A DNA stretch of 64,000 nt, taken from the NCBI GenBank assembly GCA_036501185.1, contig DASYAU010000048.1:19382-83381 (forward strand). The letters run 5' to 3'. Origin of the DNA: Candidatus Korobacter sp. (lineage in GTDB: Bacteria; Acidobacteriota; Terriglobia; Terriglobales; Acidobacteriaceae). Below are positions 37,532 through 47,598 of the stretch, piece after piece. The notes beneath the pieces were generated by a model, which did not search any database, was not told the origin of the DNA, and saw only the letters and a program-made list of their open reading frames with translations. The position numbers and the translations under genes are program-made. Position 1 is the stretch's first letter; the number at the start of each line of letters is the position of its first letter.

Positions 37532-39661
37532 TCAGTACTGCCAGTTGACGTTCACGAAGCCCTCGCCGCTGGAGGGGACGGTGTAACTGTGGTTGCTGCC
37601 GTTCTCCCAGGTGACGCTGCCATCCGCTGCGATCTTGACGAACTTGAACTGAATGTTCGTTCCCGCAGGAACGGAGACGTTCAGGAACCAGTTCGGATAG
37701 TTGGGATCGAGCATCGGCCCGATGGCCGTGTCAAATGTGCTGCCCCAGGTTCCAAGCTCGACGGTACTTCCGGATAGGAAGATATAGTCGCCGGGATTGG
37801 TAGCCGTGGCATTGTTCACCGTGAACGTGACCGGGATCAGCTTCGCGGTGAGCACCGTGAACTGAATCGTATTTGAAGCCGTTCCACCGGAGTTCTTCAG
37901 CGTGACGTTGTAAACGCCGTTGGTTACGCTCGGGACCGTGAACGTGACGGACGTGGCCGACCAGCTATTGATCGTCGCGGCGGTGGTGCCGACGAGCACG
38001 CTGCCCTGTGCACTGCCGAAGCCCTTACCGGCAATCGTGACTTTTACGCCGGGCTGGCCGAGCGTGGGACCAATCGAGCCGGCCTCGGGAGTGCTCGCTG
38101 TGCTGGTCACCTGCCAAACGGCCACTGAATGCGCGGGCATGGTGAAGTTAGTGACCGGATTATTGCCGCCCGATCCTGTGTTCACGGTGATGGACGGCCC
38201 GCTCATAAGTCCGCCGAGATAATCCGTGTAGTTGCCGCTTGGAAGAGCGGTGTTGAGACCGGTGATGGAGTAGCTGGTGGTGTCGTTCTTGTTGATAGCG
38301 ACCAGGACGACGTCGTTGAAGAACTGGCGCTCAAAGATGTAGACATCGTTGTTGATCCAGCGCTGCTTCGAGGTGCCGTAGCCCAACGCATCGTTGCTGC
38401 CTCCGCGCAGGCCGGCGAGCTTGTTGATGACCTTGTAGAGCGTAGTACTGGTGCTCCAGCCCGACATTTCATTGCGGTTGTAAGGATCGGTGCCGCCGTT
38501 GGTGTCGTTGTGGATGTACTGCTCATCTCCGTAGTAAATCACCGGGATACCACGGCCGGTGAGCACATAGGACTCGGCCTCGATCAGGCGATTTTGGTTG
38601 TTGTTCAGGGTCAGCAGCCGCGCTTCGTCGTGACTATCAACAAACGTAACCTGGTCGTTGTACCAGGTGAAGTTCGAGTCTTCGGCGTTGATCTCGTTGT
38701 CGAGTTCGGAGAAATTACTGTTCGAAGCGAAAACGTCGCGGACAGCCTGGTTGATGTTGAAATCGAGCACGGAAATGCCGCTCTTGTTCGCGAACTTGTA
38801 CGAATCGTGATAAAGCGCGTCGCCGATTCCCTGCGCCCATTCGCCAAAGAAGAAGCTCGGCCCAAAACTGAATGCGGAGTTCGCCATGCTGTATTCCCAG
38901 CCCCAAGTCACATGCTTTACCGCGTCAATGCGGAAGCCGTCGACTCCATGCTGCTGGAATTGCTGGATGGCAGACTTCAACATGCTATCGACGGTGCCGT
39001 TTTCCTGGTTAAGGTCACAGAGGCCTTCGAGCGTGTAGTACTGGAGCTGGTAACGGTCGTCGAAGTTCGAGATATCGGCATTGTGATGGAAGATGCCGTT
39101 GGGATCGTTATTGCACGCGGCAACGAAAGTGCCGTTGTTATACAGCGATCCGTACTCGCCTGCATTGTCGGGGTTTGTGTGGTTCGGCGCGAAATCGACG
39201 ATCACCTTGATCGAATTGTTGTGCGCGGCCGTCACCATGTTGTTGAACGCCGTCCAATCGTTGGCCGCGTCGCCGAAGTGCTCTTCAATACGCATGAAAA
39301 CGCGCGCGCCATAGCCGTGATAGGAAGCGGTGGGATTGTTGCTGCCGTCCGGGATGTTGAGGTTCAGGTTATCGACCGGTGGCGAGATCCAGATGGCGGT
39401 TACTCCCAAACCGTGGAGATAGCTCATCTTGGCGGTGATGCCGGCAAGATCGCCGCCCCAGTAGAGATGCCAATTCGTCATTGTTCCATCGAAGAGTCCG
39501 GAACTCTGAGCGGGATTGTCGTTGGTAGTGTCGCCGTTGTAGAAGCGGTCGGTGACGATCTGGTAGATAACTTGCTTCTTAAAGTCCTGCGAGAGTACGC
39601 AGGTACTCAGAAATAGCACAGTGAGAACGCAGAGTACGGAACGGCGGAAACTAGAAGTCAT
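37532..39661 (-). CDS. GH13 alpha-amylase family enzyme with the five-domain cyclodextrin glucanotransferase architecture (A-B-C, IPT/TIG, CBM20)
   Basis: Signal peptide MTSSFRRSVLCVLTVLFLSTCVLS. VIYQIVTDRFYNGD, GVTAIWISPPVDN, DFAPNHT, GFRIDAVKH, FGEWA, FVDSHD. C-terminal CBM20 (VTFTVNNATATNPGDYIFLSGSTVELGTWG ... NVNWQY). Colinear with Bacillus CGTase as I recall it. ATG at 39661 is preceded by a GGAGA Shine-Dalgarno sequence. Confidence 0.88.
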   Translation of the reverse strand: MTSSFRRSVLCVLTVLFLSTCVLSQDFKKQVIYQIVTDRFYNGDTTNDNPAQSSGLFDGTMTNWHLYWGGDLAGITAKMSYLHGLGVTAIWISPPVDNLNLNIPDGSNNPTASYHGYGARVFMRIEEHFGDAANDWTAFNNMVTAAHNNSIKVIVDFAPNHTNPDNAGEYGSLYNNGTFVAACNNDPNGIFHHNADISNFDDRYQLQYYTLEGLCDLNQENGTVDSMLKSAIQQFQQHGVDGFRIDAVKHVTWGWEYSMANSAFSFGPSFFFGEWAQGIGDALYHDSYKFANKSGISVLDFNINQAVRDVFASNSNFSELDNEINAEDSNFTWYNDQVTFVDSHDEARLLTLNNNQNRLIEAESYVLTGRGIPVIYYGDEQYIHNDTNGGTDPYNRNEMSGWSTSTTLYKVINKLAGLRGGSNDALGYGTSKQRWINNDVYIFERQFFNDVVLVAINKNDTTSYSITGLNTALPSGNYTDYLGGLMSGPSITVNTGSGGNNPVTNFTMPAHSVAVWQVTSTASTPEAGSIGPTLGQPGVKVTIAGKGFGSAQGSVLVGTTAATINSWSATSVTFTVPSVTNGVYNVTLKNSGGTASNTIQFTVLTAKLIPVTFTVNNATATNPGDYIFLSGSTVELGTWGSTFDTAIGPMLDPNYPNWFLNVSVPAGTNIQFKFVKIAADGSVTWENGSNHSYTVPSSGEGFVNVNWQY

Positions 39662-39976
39662 GGGGGGAGTCTCCAAAGTCTTTAGTGGGAAACAGGAACT
39701 ACTCTGGGATGCCGGTATTGCTGCCGGCAACTCGCCGCCAGCAGGACAGGGATGAGCCATTCGCAATGACCTTGGAATGCTGATGCAGGATGGCAGACGG
39801 CGGAAGTCTCCGCGAGGTTTGTCACCGTTACACTTCAAAGTGGTTTCTTCGTAGAGGGTTCCGCGAGTTGTTACGCGACGTTACGGGATTGCTACAGGTA
39901 GTAAGCTCCGCTCGGCTGGGTCGCCTAGCGATATGCCGGATTTCGTATATGTGCGCGGCCGCAGTTATTCCGGCGC

Positions 39977-41494
39977 ATGCCGTGGCACGAAGATGTTAAT
40001 GAGGAACCAGACTTGGCGGAATATCACGGCAGCTTTGAACACGCGGCGGCGAATGGAGAGTTGCAGCAGCAAGGTGAATGTCGCGTGCAGGTGGAGACGG
40101 AATTGCTGACAGTGTCGCCCGACTTGGCTACACCGATCGTTTTTGATCTTGGCGATATCGACGCGATCCACGCGGAACGATTCCAAGTGCGACTGGCGCT
40201 CTATACCGGGGCAACGATTACGCTGAAACAGTTGGGGCGCGACTTTGATCCTTTCGTTCACGAGTTGTTGCCAAAGTTTCGGGATCGCATCGCGAAGTGC
40301 TTATTGGTCGGTGATCTCGAGGAAGTCGATCGTTTTGAAGGTTCCTTTCAGCTCGAAAACGTCGTGAAGAAGTGTCCTCTCTGCGGCGCAGCGACGAGTT
40401 CGGCTAAGTTCTGTCCGCAATGTGGCAAACCGACGCAGCCAGAGACCCAGGAACAGGTGAAATGCCCCAGTTGTGGTGCGAGGGTGCAGGGAAAGAACTT
40501 CTGCCCGCAGTGCGGGGGCGCGCTGCACGCAAATGTTGCTGTCGCTGCGCACCGAGGCGCTGCGGAGTTTCGGCTGTACAAGAGCAATCTCGGCGTACTC
40601 GCGACCGATTCGCAGAGCTTTTCGTGGCGGCTGGCGGATCTCGATGCGGTGAGGGCTGATCCGAAGACCTACCAGGCAGTGCTGGAATCGGGTGGCATAG
40701 CGCTGCGCATCAACGAACTTGGCGAACGTACCGAAGAATTTGCGCGGAAGGTGAAAGAGGCAACGAATACTCTGTTGGCTGACAGTTCCAAAGCCTTGCA
40801 CGCGGCGTTTCCCTTTCTGAATCCTGACCAGTTGCAGCGTGTTTCGCAGCAACTGCGTGAAGGCGGGACGGCGCCCGTGGCACAACTGGATGCGGTACAT
40901 CCCCAAATGAGCGCGGCGCTAGAGAAGAACGCGGTGGACGATGCGCTGAAGCCGTACTATGACGCGCTGCTCACGAAGACGGCGGTTGGCTCGCTGTATG
41001 CGGGATTCAAGCTCATTCGCCCAGAGGACCGAGAAGCAGTGGAAGCGGCGCCCGAGAGCGCATCACAAGACGTCGAGAACGCGGATGGTGCGCCGGATGC
41101 GGACGATGCAGGTCCGGAAACCCTCTATTGGTTCTTCTTCCCGATTGCAGGGAAAAACATCGTGGCGTGGGAAGCAAGTTCGAAATCCGGGCGCGCAACT
41201 TATTTTTTCCGGCTGTTCGACGCCAGCGGATCGGGGAAGCTGAGTGATCCCGCGGCGATGGATGCTTCGATCCGACGATTGAACCGCGTACTCGGGATGC
41301 TGAACTTCCGGCGTCGTCCGATTTACTTGAGCGATGACGAGCTGCAGATCGATCCGCGGTTCCACCGCTACGCGATTGCCGCGCGGAGAATTCCGGACTT
41401 GCGACAGGTGCGCGCCAGCCTGATTGGACGAGCGATCCATAGCTCTGCGGAGACGTGGTCGGCGCAGGTAGAGAAGTTCTTAGCTGATTCATAA
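39977..41494 (+). CDS. Hypothetical protein with a central double zinc-ribbon
   Basis: CPLCGAATSSAKFCPQCGKP ... CPSCGARVQGKNFCPQCGGA gives four CxxC pairs. These are flanked by two mutually similar modules of about 70 aa. I recognise no enzymatic motif. Confidence 0.6.
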   Translation: MPWHEDVNEEPDLAEYHGSFEHAAANGELQQQGECRVQVETELLTVSPDLATPIVFDLGDIDAIHAERFQVRLALYTGATITLKQLGRDFDPFVHELLPKFRDRIAKCLLVGDLEEVDRFEGSFQLENVVKKCPLCGAATSSAKFCPQCGKPTQPETQEQVKCPSCGARVQGKNFCPQCGGALHANVAVAAHRGAAEFRLYKSNLGVLATDSQSFSWRLADLDAVRADPKTYQAVLESGGIALRINELGERTEEFARKVKEATNTLLADSSKALHAAFPFLNPDQLQRVSQQLREGGTAPVAQLDAVHPQMSAALEKNAVDDALKPYYDALLTKTAVGSLYAGFKLIRPEDREAVEAAPESASQDVENADGAPDADDAGPETLYWFFFPIAGKNIVAWEASSKSGRATYFFRLFDASGSGKLSDPAAMDASIRRLNRVLGMLNFRRRPIYLSDDELQIDPRFHRYAIAARRIPDLRQVRASLIGRAIHSSAETWSAQVEKFLADS

Positions 41495-41562
41495 GCACAA
41501 GTGATGCCGACCCGCACTCGAAGTTATGCAGCAACTGCACGCCTTTGTGATAAACCTTGTAG

Positions 41563-42801
41563 ATGGCGACGCACACTTCGCCCGACTCCGGCCTCATCTC
41601 GCTCCAAGCCATTCGACAGGCGCACGACCGCATCCGTTCGGATGTCCGCTCCACACCGTGCAATCACTCCGCTGCGATTTCTAAAATCGCTGGGCAGAGT
41701 GTTTATTTGAAGCTCGAAAACCTGCAGATGACGGGCTCATTTAAGGAACGCGGCGCACTGAACAAAATCCTTACGCTCACCGAAGAAGAAAAACGACGCG
41801 GAGTGATTGCGGCGAGTGCTGGCAACCACGCGCAGGGCGTGGCGTTCCATGCAACTCGTCACGGAATCCGGGTTCGGATCGTAATGCCGATGATGACGCC
41901 GCTGGTGAAGGTAAACGCAACACGCAATTACGGCGCCGAGGTTGTGCTACACGGCACGGACTATGACGAGGCGTATGAAGAGGCGCGCCGGCTATCGGTG
42001 ATTGAAGGATTCGTGTTCATCCACGCGTTCGACGACCTGGCGGTGATCGCCGGCCAGGGCACTGTCGGGCTGGAGATTTTGGAGCAGATTCCGGATGTAG
42101 AGGCCGTGGTAGTGCCGATCGGTGGCGGAGGGCTCATCAGCGGGATCGGTTGCGCGCTGAAGACGCTCAAACCGCAGGTGCGGCTCGTGGGTGTGCAGGC
42201 GGCGCGAATGCCGTCAATGAAGAACGCGCTACGGGCGCACAAGTCGGTGGTGGTGGAGGCGAACACAACTATCGCCGACGGCATCGCGGTGCGACGTTCG
42301 GGCGATCTCACGGTCCCGCTCGTGGAACGCTTTGTCGACGAGGTGGTGACGGTGGAAGAGGAAGAGATCGCCAGCGGCATCCTTACGCTACTGGAGCGCG
42401 AAAAGATGCTGGCCGAGGGAGCGGGAGCGGCCGGGGTAGCGGCGCTTCTGCATCATAAAACTTCGCTGAAAAAAGAAAAGACGGTGGCGCTGGTATGCGG
42501 CGGAAACATTGATGTTTCGCTGCTGGCGCGTATCATCCAACGTGGTTTAGCAAAGGACGGTCGACTGGTCCGATTGCAGATCCACCTCTCCGACCGTCCC
42601 GGCTCGCTGCACCAGTTGACGCGTATCCTCACCGTGAACCAGGCGAATATCGTGGAACTGCACCACGACCGCACGTACTACGGAGTTAACCTTGGCGACA
42701 CGATCATCGACGTGACCCTGGAAGCACGCGGCGAGGAGCAGATCCAGCAGATTCTGCACGCCCTGGCGCACGAAGGCTATCGGCACGAGCGGATCGTTTA
42801 A
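41563..42801 (+). CDS. ilvA: Threonine ammonia-lyase (threonine dehydratase), short form with one C-terminal ACT-like domain
   Basis: PLP-lysine motif LENLQMTGSFKERGA; SAGNHAQGVA; GGGGLISG; C-terminal regulatory domain. Confidence 0.88.
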   Translation: MATHTSPDSGLISLQAIRQAHDRIRSDVRSTPCNHSAAISKIAGQSVYLKLENLQMTGSFKERGALNKILTLTEEEKRRGVIAASAGNHAQGVAFHATRHGIRVRIVMPMMTPLVKVNATRNYGAEVVLHGTDYDEAYEEARRLSVIEGFVFIHAFDDLAVIAGQGTVGLEILEQIPDVEAVVVPIGGGGLISGIGCALKTLKPQVRLVGVQAARMPSMKNALRAHKSVVVEANTTIADGIAVRRSGDLTVPLVERFVDEVVTVEEEEIASGILTLLEREKMLAEGAGAAGVAALLHHKTSLKKEKTVALVCGGNIDVSLLARIIQRGLAKDGRLVRLQIHLSDRPGSLHQLTRILTVNQANIVELHHDRTYYGVNLGDTIIDVTLEARGEEQIQQILHALAHEGYRHERIV

Positions 42802-42912
42802 TGTGAATTGCCGACAAAACTCGGTACTTCCGTACCTTGCGATGACCTCCAAGTTCCGGGTATTCTCACGTCACTTTTACGAATTTCTAAATTCTCGCAG
42901 GACTCCCGCTTC

Positions 42913-44091
42913 ATGGCATCTACTGGAAACGCGCTAGATTCCTCAGCCCCGTCCGTTCCGGCCGGAGAGGCACTGCCGACCAACGAAATCCTTTCAAAGA
43001 TGATCGCAGTTTCAGAGAAAGTGAGCGATCTTATCTTCTCGCCGGGACGGCCTCCACAAGTCGAACTGAATGGGCAGCTTGCGCCTGTAGCCGGACTCAA
43101 CATGCTATTGCCGGCCGATACGCGGCGCATCGCGACTGACCTGATGGGCAAAAACGAGCAAGCCCAACGCGCGTTGAAGGAGCAGGGTTCCGCCGATCTT
43201 TCGTACAGCCTGCAAGGCGGGGCACGCTTCCGCGTGAATATATTTTTCCAGCGTGGATCGCACGCCATCGTGATGCGCGTCATCCCGATCAGCGTGCCGA
43301 CGTTTGAGCAATTAAATCTGCCTCCGCAGCTCGGTGAAATCACGCATTTGATCAACGGAATCGTCCTGGTGACGGGACCGACGGGATCGGGCAAGAGCTC
43401 GACCCTGGCGGCGATCATAAACAAGGTCAACCTCGAGAAGGCAGTCCATATCGTCACGATTGAAGATCCGATCGAGTTCATCCATTCGCACAAGAAGTGC
43501 ACGATTCACCAGCGCGAGTTGCACAGCGATACGCCGAATTTCAGCTTGGCATTGCGTGCGGCCTTGCGGCAGGCGCCGAAGATCATCCTGGTGGGTGAAA
43601 TGCGTGACCGCGAAACCATTGAGATTGCGCTCGAAGCAGCGGAAACCGGACACTTGGTGATGTCGACGTTGCACACCACGGATGCCTCGAAGACGGTGGA
43701 GCGCATCATTGGAACCTTCCCGCTGGCCGAGCAACACGTGATCCGAAAGCGTTTTTCGAAAAGCTTCCGCTTTATCGTTTCTCAGCGCTTGCTGCCACGT
43801 AAGGACAAGAAGGGCCGCGTCGCTGCGATTGAGATTTTGAAATCGACGATGCGTACGCGCGAATACCTGGATAAGGGCGAGCAAGAGGGCAAGTCGCTGC
43901 TCGATGCCATGCGCGACGGTGATCTCGAAGGCATGCAGTGTTTCGACGACGTGATTGAGAAGTTGATCCGGACCGACGTGATCGATATCGAGACCGGCCT
44001 GGGATACGCAACCAATCCCGGCAATCTGCAGTTGCAAATTACCGACTTGACCGAAGCGCTGCGAGCGCAAGAATCGGAGTTCGAGCCGTAA
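42913..44091 (+). CDS. pilT: Type IV pilus retraction ATPase PilT/PilU family
   Basis: Walker A GPTGSGKSSTLAA; Asp box; Walker B ILVGEMRD; His box TGHLVMSTLHT. I start it at ATG 42913. Confidence 0.85.
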   Translation: MASTGNALDSSAPSVPAGEALPTNEILSKMIAVSEKVSDLIFSPGRPPQVELNGQLAPVAGLNMLLPADTRRIATDLMGKNEQAQRALKEQGSADLSYSLQGGARFRVNIFFQRGSHAIVMRVIPISVPTFEQLNLPPQLGEITHLINGIVLVTGPTGSGKSSTLAAIINKVNLEKAVHIVTIEDPIEFIHSHKKCTIHQRELHSDTPNFSLALRAALRQAPKIILVGEMRDRETIEIALEAAETGHLVMSTLHTTDASKTVERIIGTFPLAEQHVIRKRFSKSFRFIVSQRLLPRKDKKGRVAAIEILKSTMRTREYLDKGEQEGKSLLDAMRDGDLEGMQCFDDVIEKLIRTDVIDIETGLGYATNPGNLQLQITDLTEALRAQESEFEP

Positions 44092-44148
44092 GCAGGCAAC
44101 GTGCTTTTTTCGGTGCGAGTCCTTACTATCTGAACTGAGGATGGACTT

Positions 44149-44586
44149 GTGACGGAGACACCGGACGAGAGACCTTTTTCGAAAAAACTCTTACCGTTCA
44201 CGAGCGCGCTGGTGGTCATCGCGCTGCTTTACGTGGGCTACATTTTCTATTCGCGACGTCAGGAGCAGAAGGACGCCGACCGCCAAACAGCGGAAAAGCA
44301 GGCAGCCGAGAACCGCAAGGTTGCCGAACTCTATGGCGGTGACGAGCTGAAGATCCTCAATTTTTATGCGACTGCCGGTCCGCTGCACAAGGGTGAGACA
44401 GCGCAGCTCTGCTATAGCGTTTCTAATGCGCAGAAGGTGACGATCGAACCGGATGTGCACGAAGTGCCGGAGTCATACAGCAATTGCGTGAAGATCGCGC
44501 CGAAGAAGGACACGGTGTACACGCTCTCGGCGACAAGTAAGAAGGGCGACACGCAGCAGGTCCAGCTCACCATGCGGGTCGACTAG
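44149..44586 (+). CDS. Hypothetical single-pass membrane protein with a small beta-sandwich-like ectodomain
   Basis: GTG start; TM segment LLPFTSALVVIALLYVGYIFY; C-terminal part of about 80 aa is rich in beta-type sequence. Confidence 0.5.
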   Translation: MTETPDERPFSKKLLPFTSALVVIALLYVGYIFYSRRQEQKDADRQTAEKQAAENRKVAELYGGDELKILNFYATAGPLHKGETAQLCYSVSNAQKVTIEPDVHEVPESYSNCVKIAPKKDTVYTLSATSKKGDTQQVQLTMRVD

Positions 44587-44661
44587 CCTATAGCACGAAG
44601 ATGACATAAAATTCATCTTCGCGAGTCTCTGACCGAGTCGCCCGGCTTAATCTTTCGCGCA

Positions 44662-47598
44662 TTGGGAGCTGCCTTGAAGCGCATTTCCGCCGTTTTATCC
44701 GTAACCTTGCTATCTCTCTTCGTCTTCGTTTGTCTCCAGCCGGCGACGCTGGCCCAAGAGTTCCGTGGCGGGTTGACTGGCCGTGTACAAGACCCAACTG
44801 GGGCGCGTGTTTCCTCGGCACAAGTACATATTCAGGACCCGGAGGCTTCGATTGAGCGCTCCACAAAAGCGGATGAGAATGGTAATTTCCGTTTCAGCGA
44901 CTTGCCTGCGGGGAGTTACGAACTGGCCGTGACGGCGAACGGTTTCGGCGAAGCCAAGTCGGAAGTGGCCGTGCAGGTGGGTTCTACGCGCGACGTGATG
45001 GTGACTCTGCGGCCCCCTTCGGTGAATACAAACGTTTCAGTTTCCGGTGAAGCTTCGTCCATCACCATGCAGCCACTGGATACGTCGAGCGCAGTCCACC
45101 AGGTAGTGGTTTCCGCGCACGATTTGGAGGAGCTGCCACTGCCCATGCGCAGCTTCGCGAACATCGCGTATCTTGCTCCGGGAACGGAACCAATTGAGCC
45201 GTCCGACCCGACCAAGGCCCGCATCACCGCTGTGGGAACCGGCGGAAGTTCGGGATTGAATAACGAGAACTCGGTGGATGGCGGAGACAATTCGGACGAT
45301 TACATCGGCGGTTTCCTGCAGAACTTTTCGCCCGATGGCATCCAGGAGTTCGCCTTCCGAACCGCGCAGGAAGATGCCGATACTGGACGCACGACCGCCG
45401 GCTCGGTGGTGATCTCGACGAAGCGGGGTACGAACGACTGGCACGGGCTGTTCGGGTTCTATGATCGATTGTCGGCGCTGAATGCTCGGTTTCCGATCGA
45501 CAATCCAGAGCCAAACCCTAAGCAGCCGTTCTCGCGGCAGAACTACATTTGGAACCTCGGTGGACCGGTGGTGAAAGATAAACTGTGGTTCTTCGGCTTG
45601 CTGGAATACGCACACGAGCGCGCCAGCATCGCCTACAGCAACCAGAGCCAGACGCAATTTCAGGCCATAGCTGGGCTTGCGGGTGATGGCCTGATCCCGG
45701 GCGTGCCATCGATCAGTGTGCCGCCCTATACGGTGACGCCGCTGAGCGATTACCTGGGCAACGCGCGGCTCGACTGGGCGCAGTCGCCGCACTCGCAGTG
45801 GTTCTTGCGCGCGGCGAGCGATCGCTACACGACGGATAACGATTTGGTGGAGCAGGGCGCGCTGCCGTCAACCGGCGCTACTTCGCGGTCCATCTATTAC
45901 AGCTTCCTGCTGAGCAACCAGATCGAGTTTACGCCGACGTGGCTCGGCGCGTTCACGCTGGATGCGAGCATCTTGCACCGGACCGAGGTGCGCAACCAGT
46001 ACTACGGCTTCGCGCTGGACTTTCCGTTCACCGTGAGTTCCAGCACGATCTCGGGGCAAGATACATTTGGCGACAATACCTTTGTGACGCCGATCACCGC
46101 GTTTCCCGTGCTGCGAAACCAGCAGAAGTACCAGGTGCGCTACGACCTCTCGCACGTGACCAGCAAGCACACGCCGAAGATCGGAGTGAACTTTATTCAC
46201 GAACCGGTGTTCGACGGCGTATTGGCGTCGCAGGCGGAGACGGTGATCGCGTATCCGCAGAACCCGCTTTACTACGCTCAGAACCCATCGCAGTTCTACT
46301 TTAGTCCGCAGTGCGCCGTGGCGCCGACCGATCCGAACGTGGTGTGCAGCTACACTCCGGCGGGCGACGGCAGCTTCGCGCAGAACGTGCAGCGGTTGGG
46401 CGTGTACGCGGAAGATATTTGGAAAGTGACGTCGCGACTGACGCTGAATTACGGCCTGCGTTGGGACACAACATTCGGCCTGTTTCAGGCCGATGGACGC
46501 ACCCAGGCGGCGAACCTGGCGATGCAGGGAATTGCGGAAACCCAGTACATCGGAACGCCGCATGACGACCGCAAGCAGTTCGGTCCGCGCATTGGGCTGA
46601 TCTATTCGCCTGGGAAGACTGACTCGACGGTGATTCGAGCCGGCTTTGGGATGTTCTTCAACGACCTGGCTCAGAACGGCTGGGTCCCGGCGCTAATGGC
46701 ACTGAACAACACTAACGCCAACGCCGTGAGCACGGGCGCGATTATCGACCCCAATTACAAGACCCCCTATTCGATCCACGCAACAGCGGGCGTAGAACAT
46801 TCGTTCTCGCAAAACTGGATGGCAGCCGTGGACTTCACGCACGAAACCGGGATGCACGGCTATCGCGGTTACGACTACCCAGATGTGACGGTGTTCCGCA
46901 GCGACAACCGCTCGGATTACAACGGCGTGGCGCTGAGGGTGCAGGGCAACGTCTCCAAACGCTATAGCCTGACGGCGCACTACACGTTCGCGAAGGCGCA
47001 GACCTGGGGATGCATCCTGGGCGAGCTGTTCGATTATGTGAACGGCGTGTGCAATCCGTATAAAGCATTTGCGCCGGGAGATTACGGGCCGTCGGGTGAA
47101 GACGTTCGCCATCGCGCGGTACTGGCCGGCACGTATCATGCGCCGTTGGGCATTGAGCTGTCGACAATGACACAAGTGGAGAGCGCGCGGCCATTCACGA
47201 TCACGAATGCGGATGGCTCGGGGCGTGCCGTGATCAACGGCGTGGAAACGACCATGGACCAGTTCCGAGGGCGTCCATACTTCCAGGTGGACATGCGGGT
47301 ATCGCGGCCATTCCACGTGCAGGAGCGCTTGGAGGTGCTGCCGTTCTTCGAATTCTTCAACTTGCTGAACCGCAATAATCCGGGCGCATTCTACGTGACC
47401 GACATTGCCGCGCTGCCAGTGAACAATCCGGACAATGCGACTGCAATCTGTCTGAATGCCACATGCTCGCAAAGCACGGCGATCATGAGCCCGAACCAAC
47501 TGCGCGTGCCTGCGGGCGCGTTTGGCGATTTCTTCGGGCCGGGGACAACGGTTGGCATCCCATTCAGCGCGCAGTTTGGCGTCAGGGTGAGCTTCTAG
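44662..47598 (+). CDS. TonB-dependent-receptor-like outer membrane protein with an N-terminal carboxypeptidase-regulatory-like domain
   Basis: Signal peptide ending ATLAQE. CarboxypepD_reg signature GLTGRVQDPTGARVSSAQVHIQDP...ADENGNFRFSDLPAGSYELAVTANGF. Long beta-barrel-type C-terminus ending in an aromatic residue (GVRVSF). The TTG start is uncertain. Confidence 0.8.
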   Translation: MGAALKRISAVLSVTLLSLFVFVCLQPATLAQEFRGGLTGRVQDPTGARVSSAQVHIQDPEASIERSTKADENGNFRFSDLPAGSYELAVTANGFGEAKSEVAVQVGSTRDVMVTLRPPSVNTNVSVSGEASSITMQPLDTSSAVHQVVVSAHDLEELPLPMRSFANIAYLAPGTEPIEPSDPTKARITAVGTGGSSGLNNENSVDGGDNSDDYIGGFLQNFSPDGIQEFAFRTAQEDADTGRTTAGSVVISTKRGTNDWHGLFGFYDRLSALNARFPIDNPEPNPKQPFSRQNYIWNLGGPVVKDKLWFFGLLEYAHERASIAYSNQSQTQFQAIAGLAGDGLIPGVPSISVPPYTVTPLSDYLGNARLDWAQSPHSQWFLRAASDRYTTDNDLVEQGALPSTGATSRSIYYSFLLSNQIEFTPTWLGAFTLDASILHRTEVRNQYYGFALDFPFTVSSSTISGQDTFGDNTFVTPITAFPVLRNQQKYQVRYDLSHVTSKHTPKIGVNFIHEPVFDGVLASQAETVIAYPQNPLYYAQNPSQFYFSPQCAVAPTDPNVVCSYTPAGDGSFAQNVQRLGVYAEDIWKVTSRLTLNYGLRWDTTFGLFQADGRTQAANLAMQGIAETQYIGTPHDDRKQFGPRIGLIYSPGKTDSTVIRAGFGMFFNDLAQNGWVPALMALNNTNANAVSTGAIIDPNYKTPYSIHATAGVEHSFSQNWMAAVDFTHETGMHGYRGYDYPDVTVFRSDNRSDYNGVALRVQGNVSKRYSLTAHYTFAKAQTWGCILGELFDYVNGVCNPYKAFAPGDYGPSGEDVRHRAVLAGTYHAPLGIELSTMTQVESARPFTITNADGSGRAVINGVETTMDQFRGRPYFQVDMRVSRPFHVQERLEVLPFFEFFNLLNRNNPGAFYVTDIAALPVNNPDNATAICLNATCSQSTAIMSPNQLRVPAGAFGDFFGPGTTVGIPFSAQFGVRVSF

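Noticed and set aside
38129-39616. 495-aa ORF antisense to the GH13 gene. Similar long shadow ORFs lie at 2578-3543, 7272-8357, 13239-14030, 14345-15439, 20824-21537, 43312-44070, 45037-45792, 46693-47499 and 52310-53434.
   Set aside because: All lie opposite to or out of frame with genes that have strong family signatures. They have V/R/A/G/D-rich compositions with no motifs. High GC suppresses stop codons in non-coding frames.
42913-44586. PilT plus the downstream small membrane protein as part of a type IV pilus or type II secretion cluster
   Set aside because: No PilB/PilC/PilM-Q, pilin or secretin genes are nearby. The neighbours are ilvA and an outer-membrane receptor. Orphan pilT paralogs are common.
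44596-44621. Hairpin CGAAGATGA-N8-TCATCTTCG after the 44149-44586 gene as a terminator
   Set aside because: The 9-bp stem is AT-rich and has no following T tract, so I cannot tell it apart from a chance palindrome. It is not listed as a feature.
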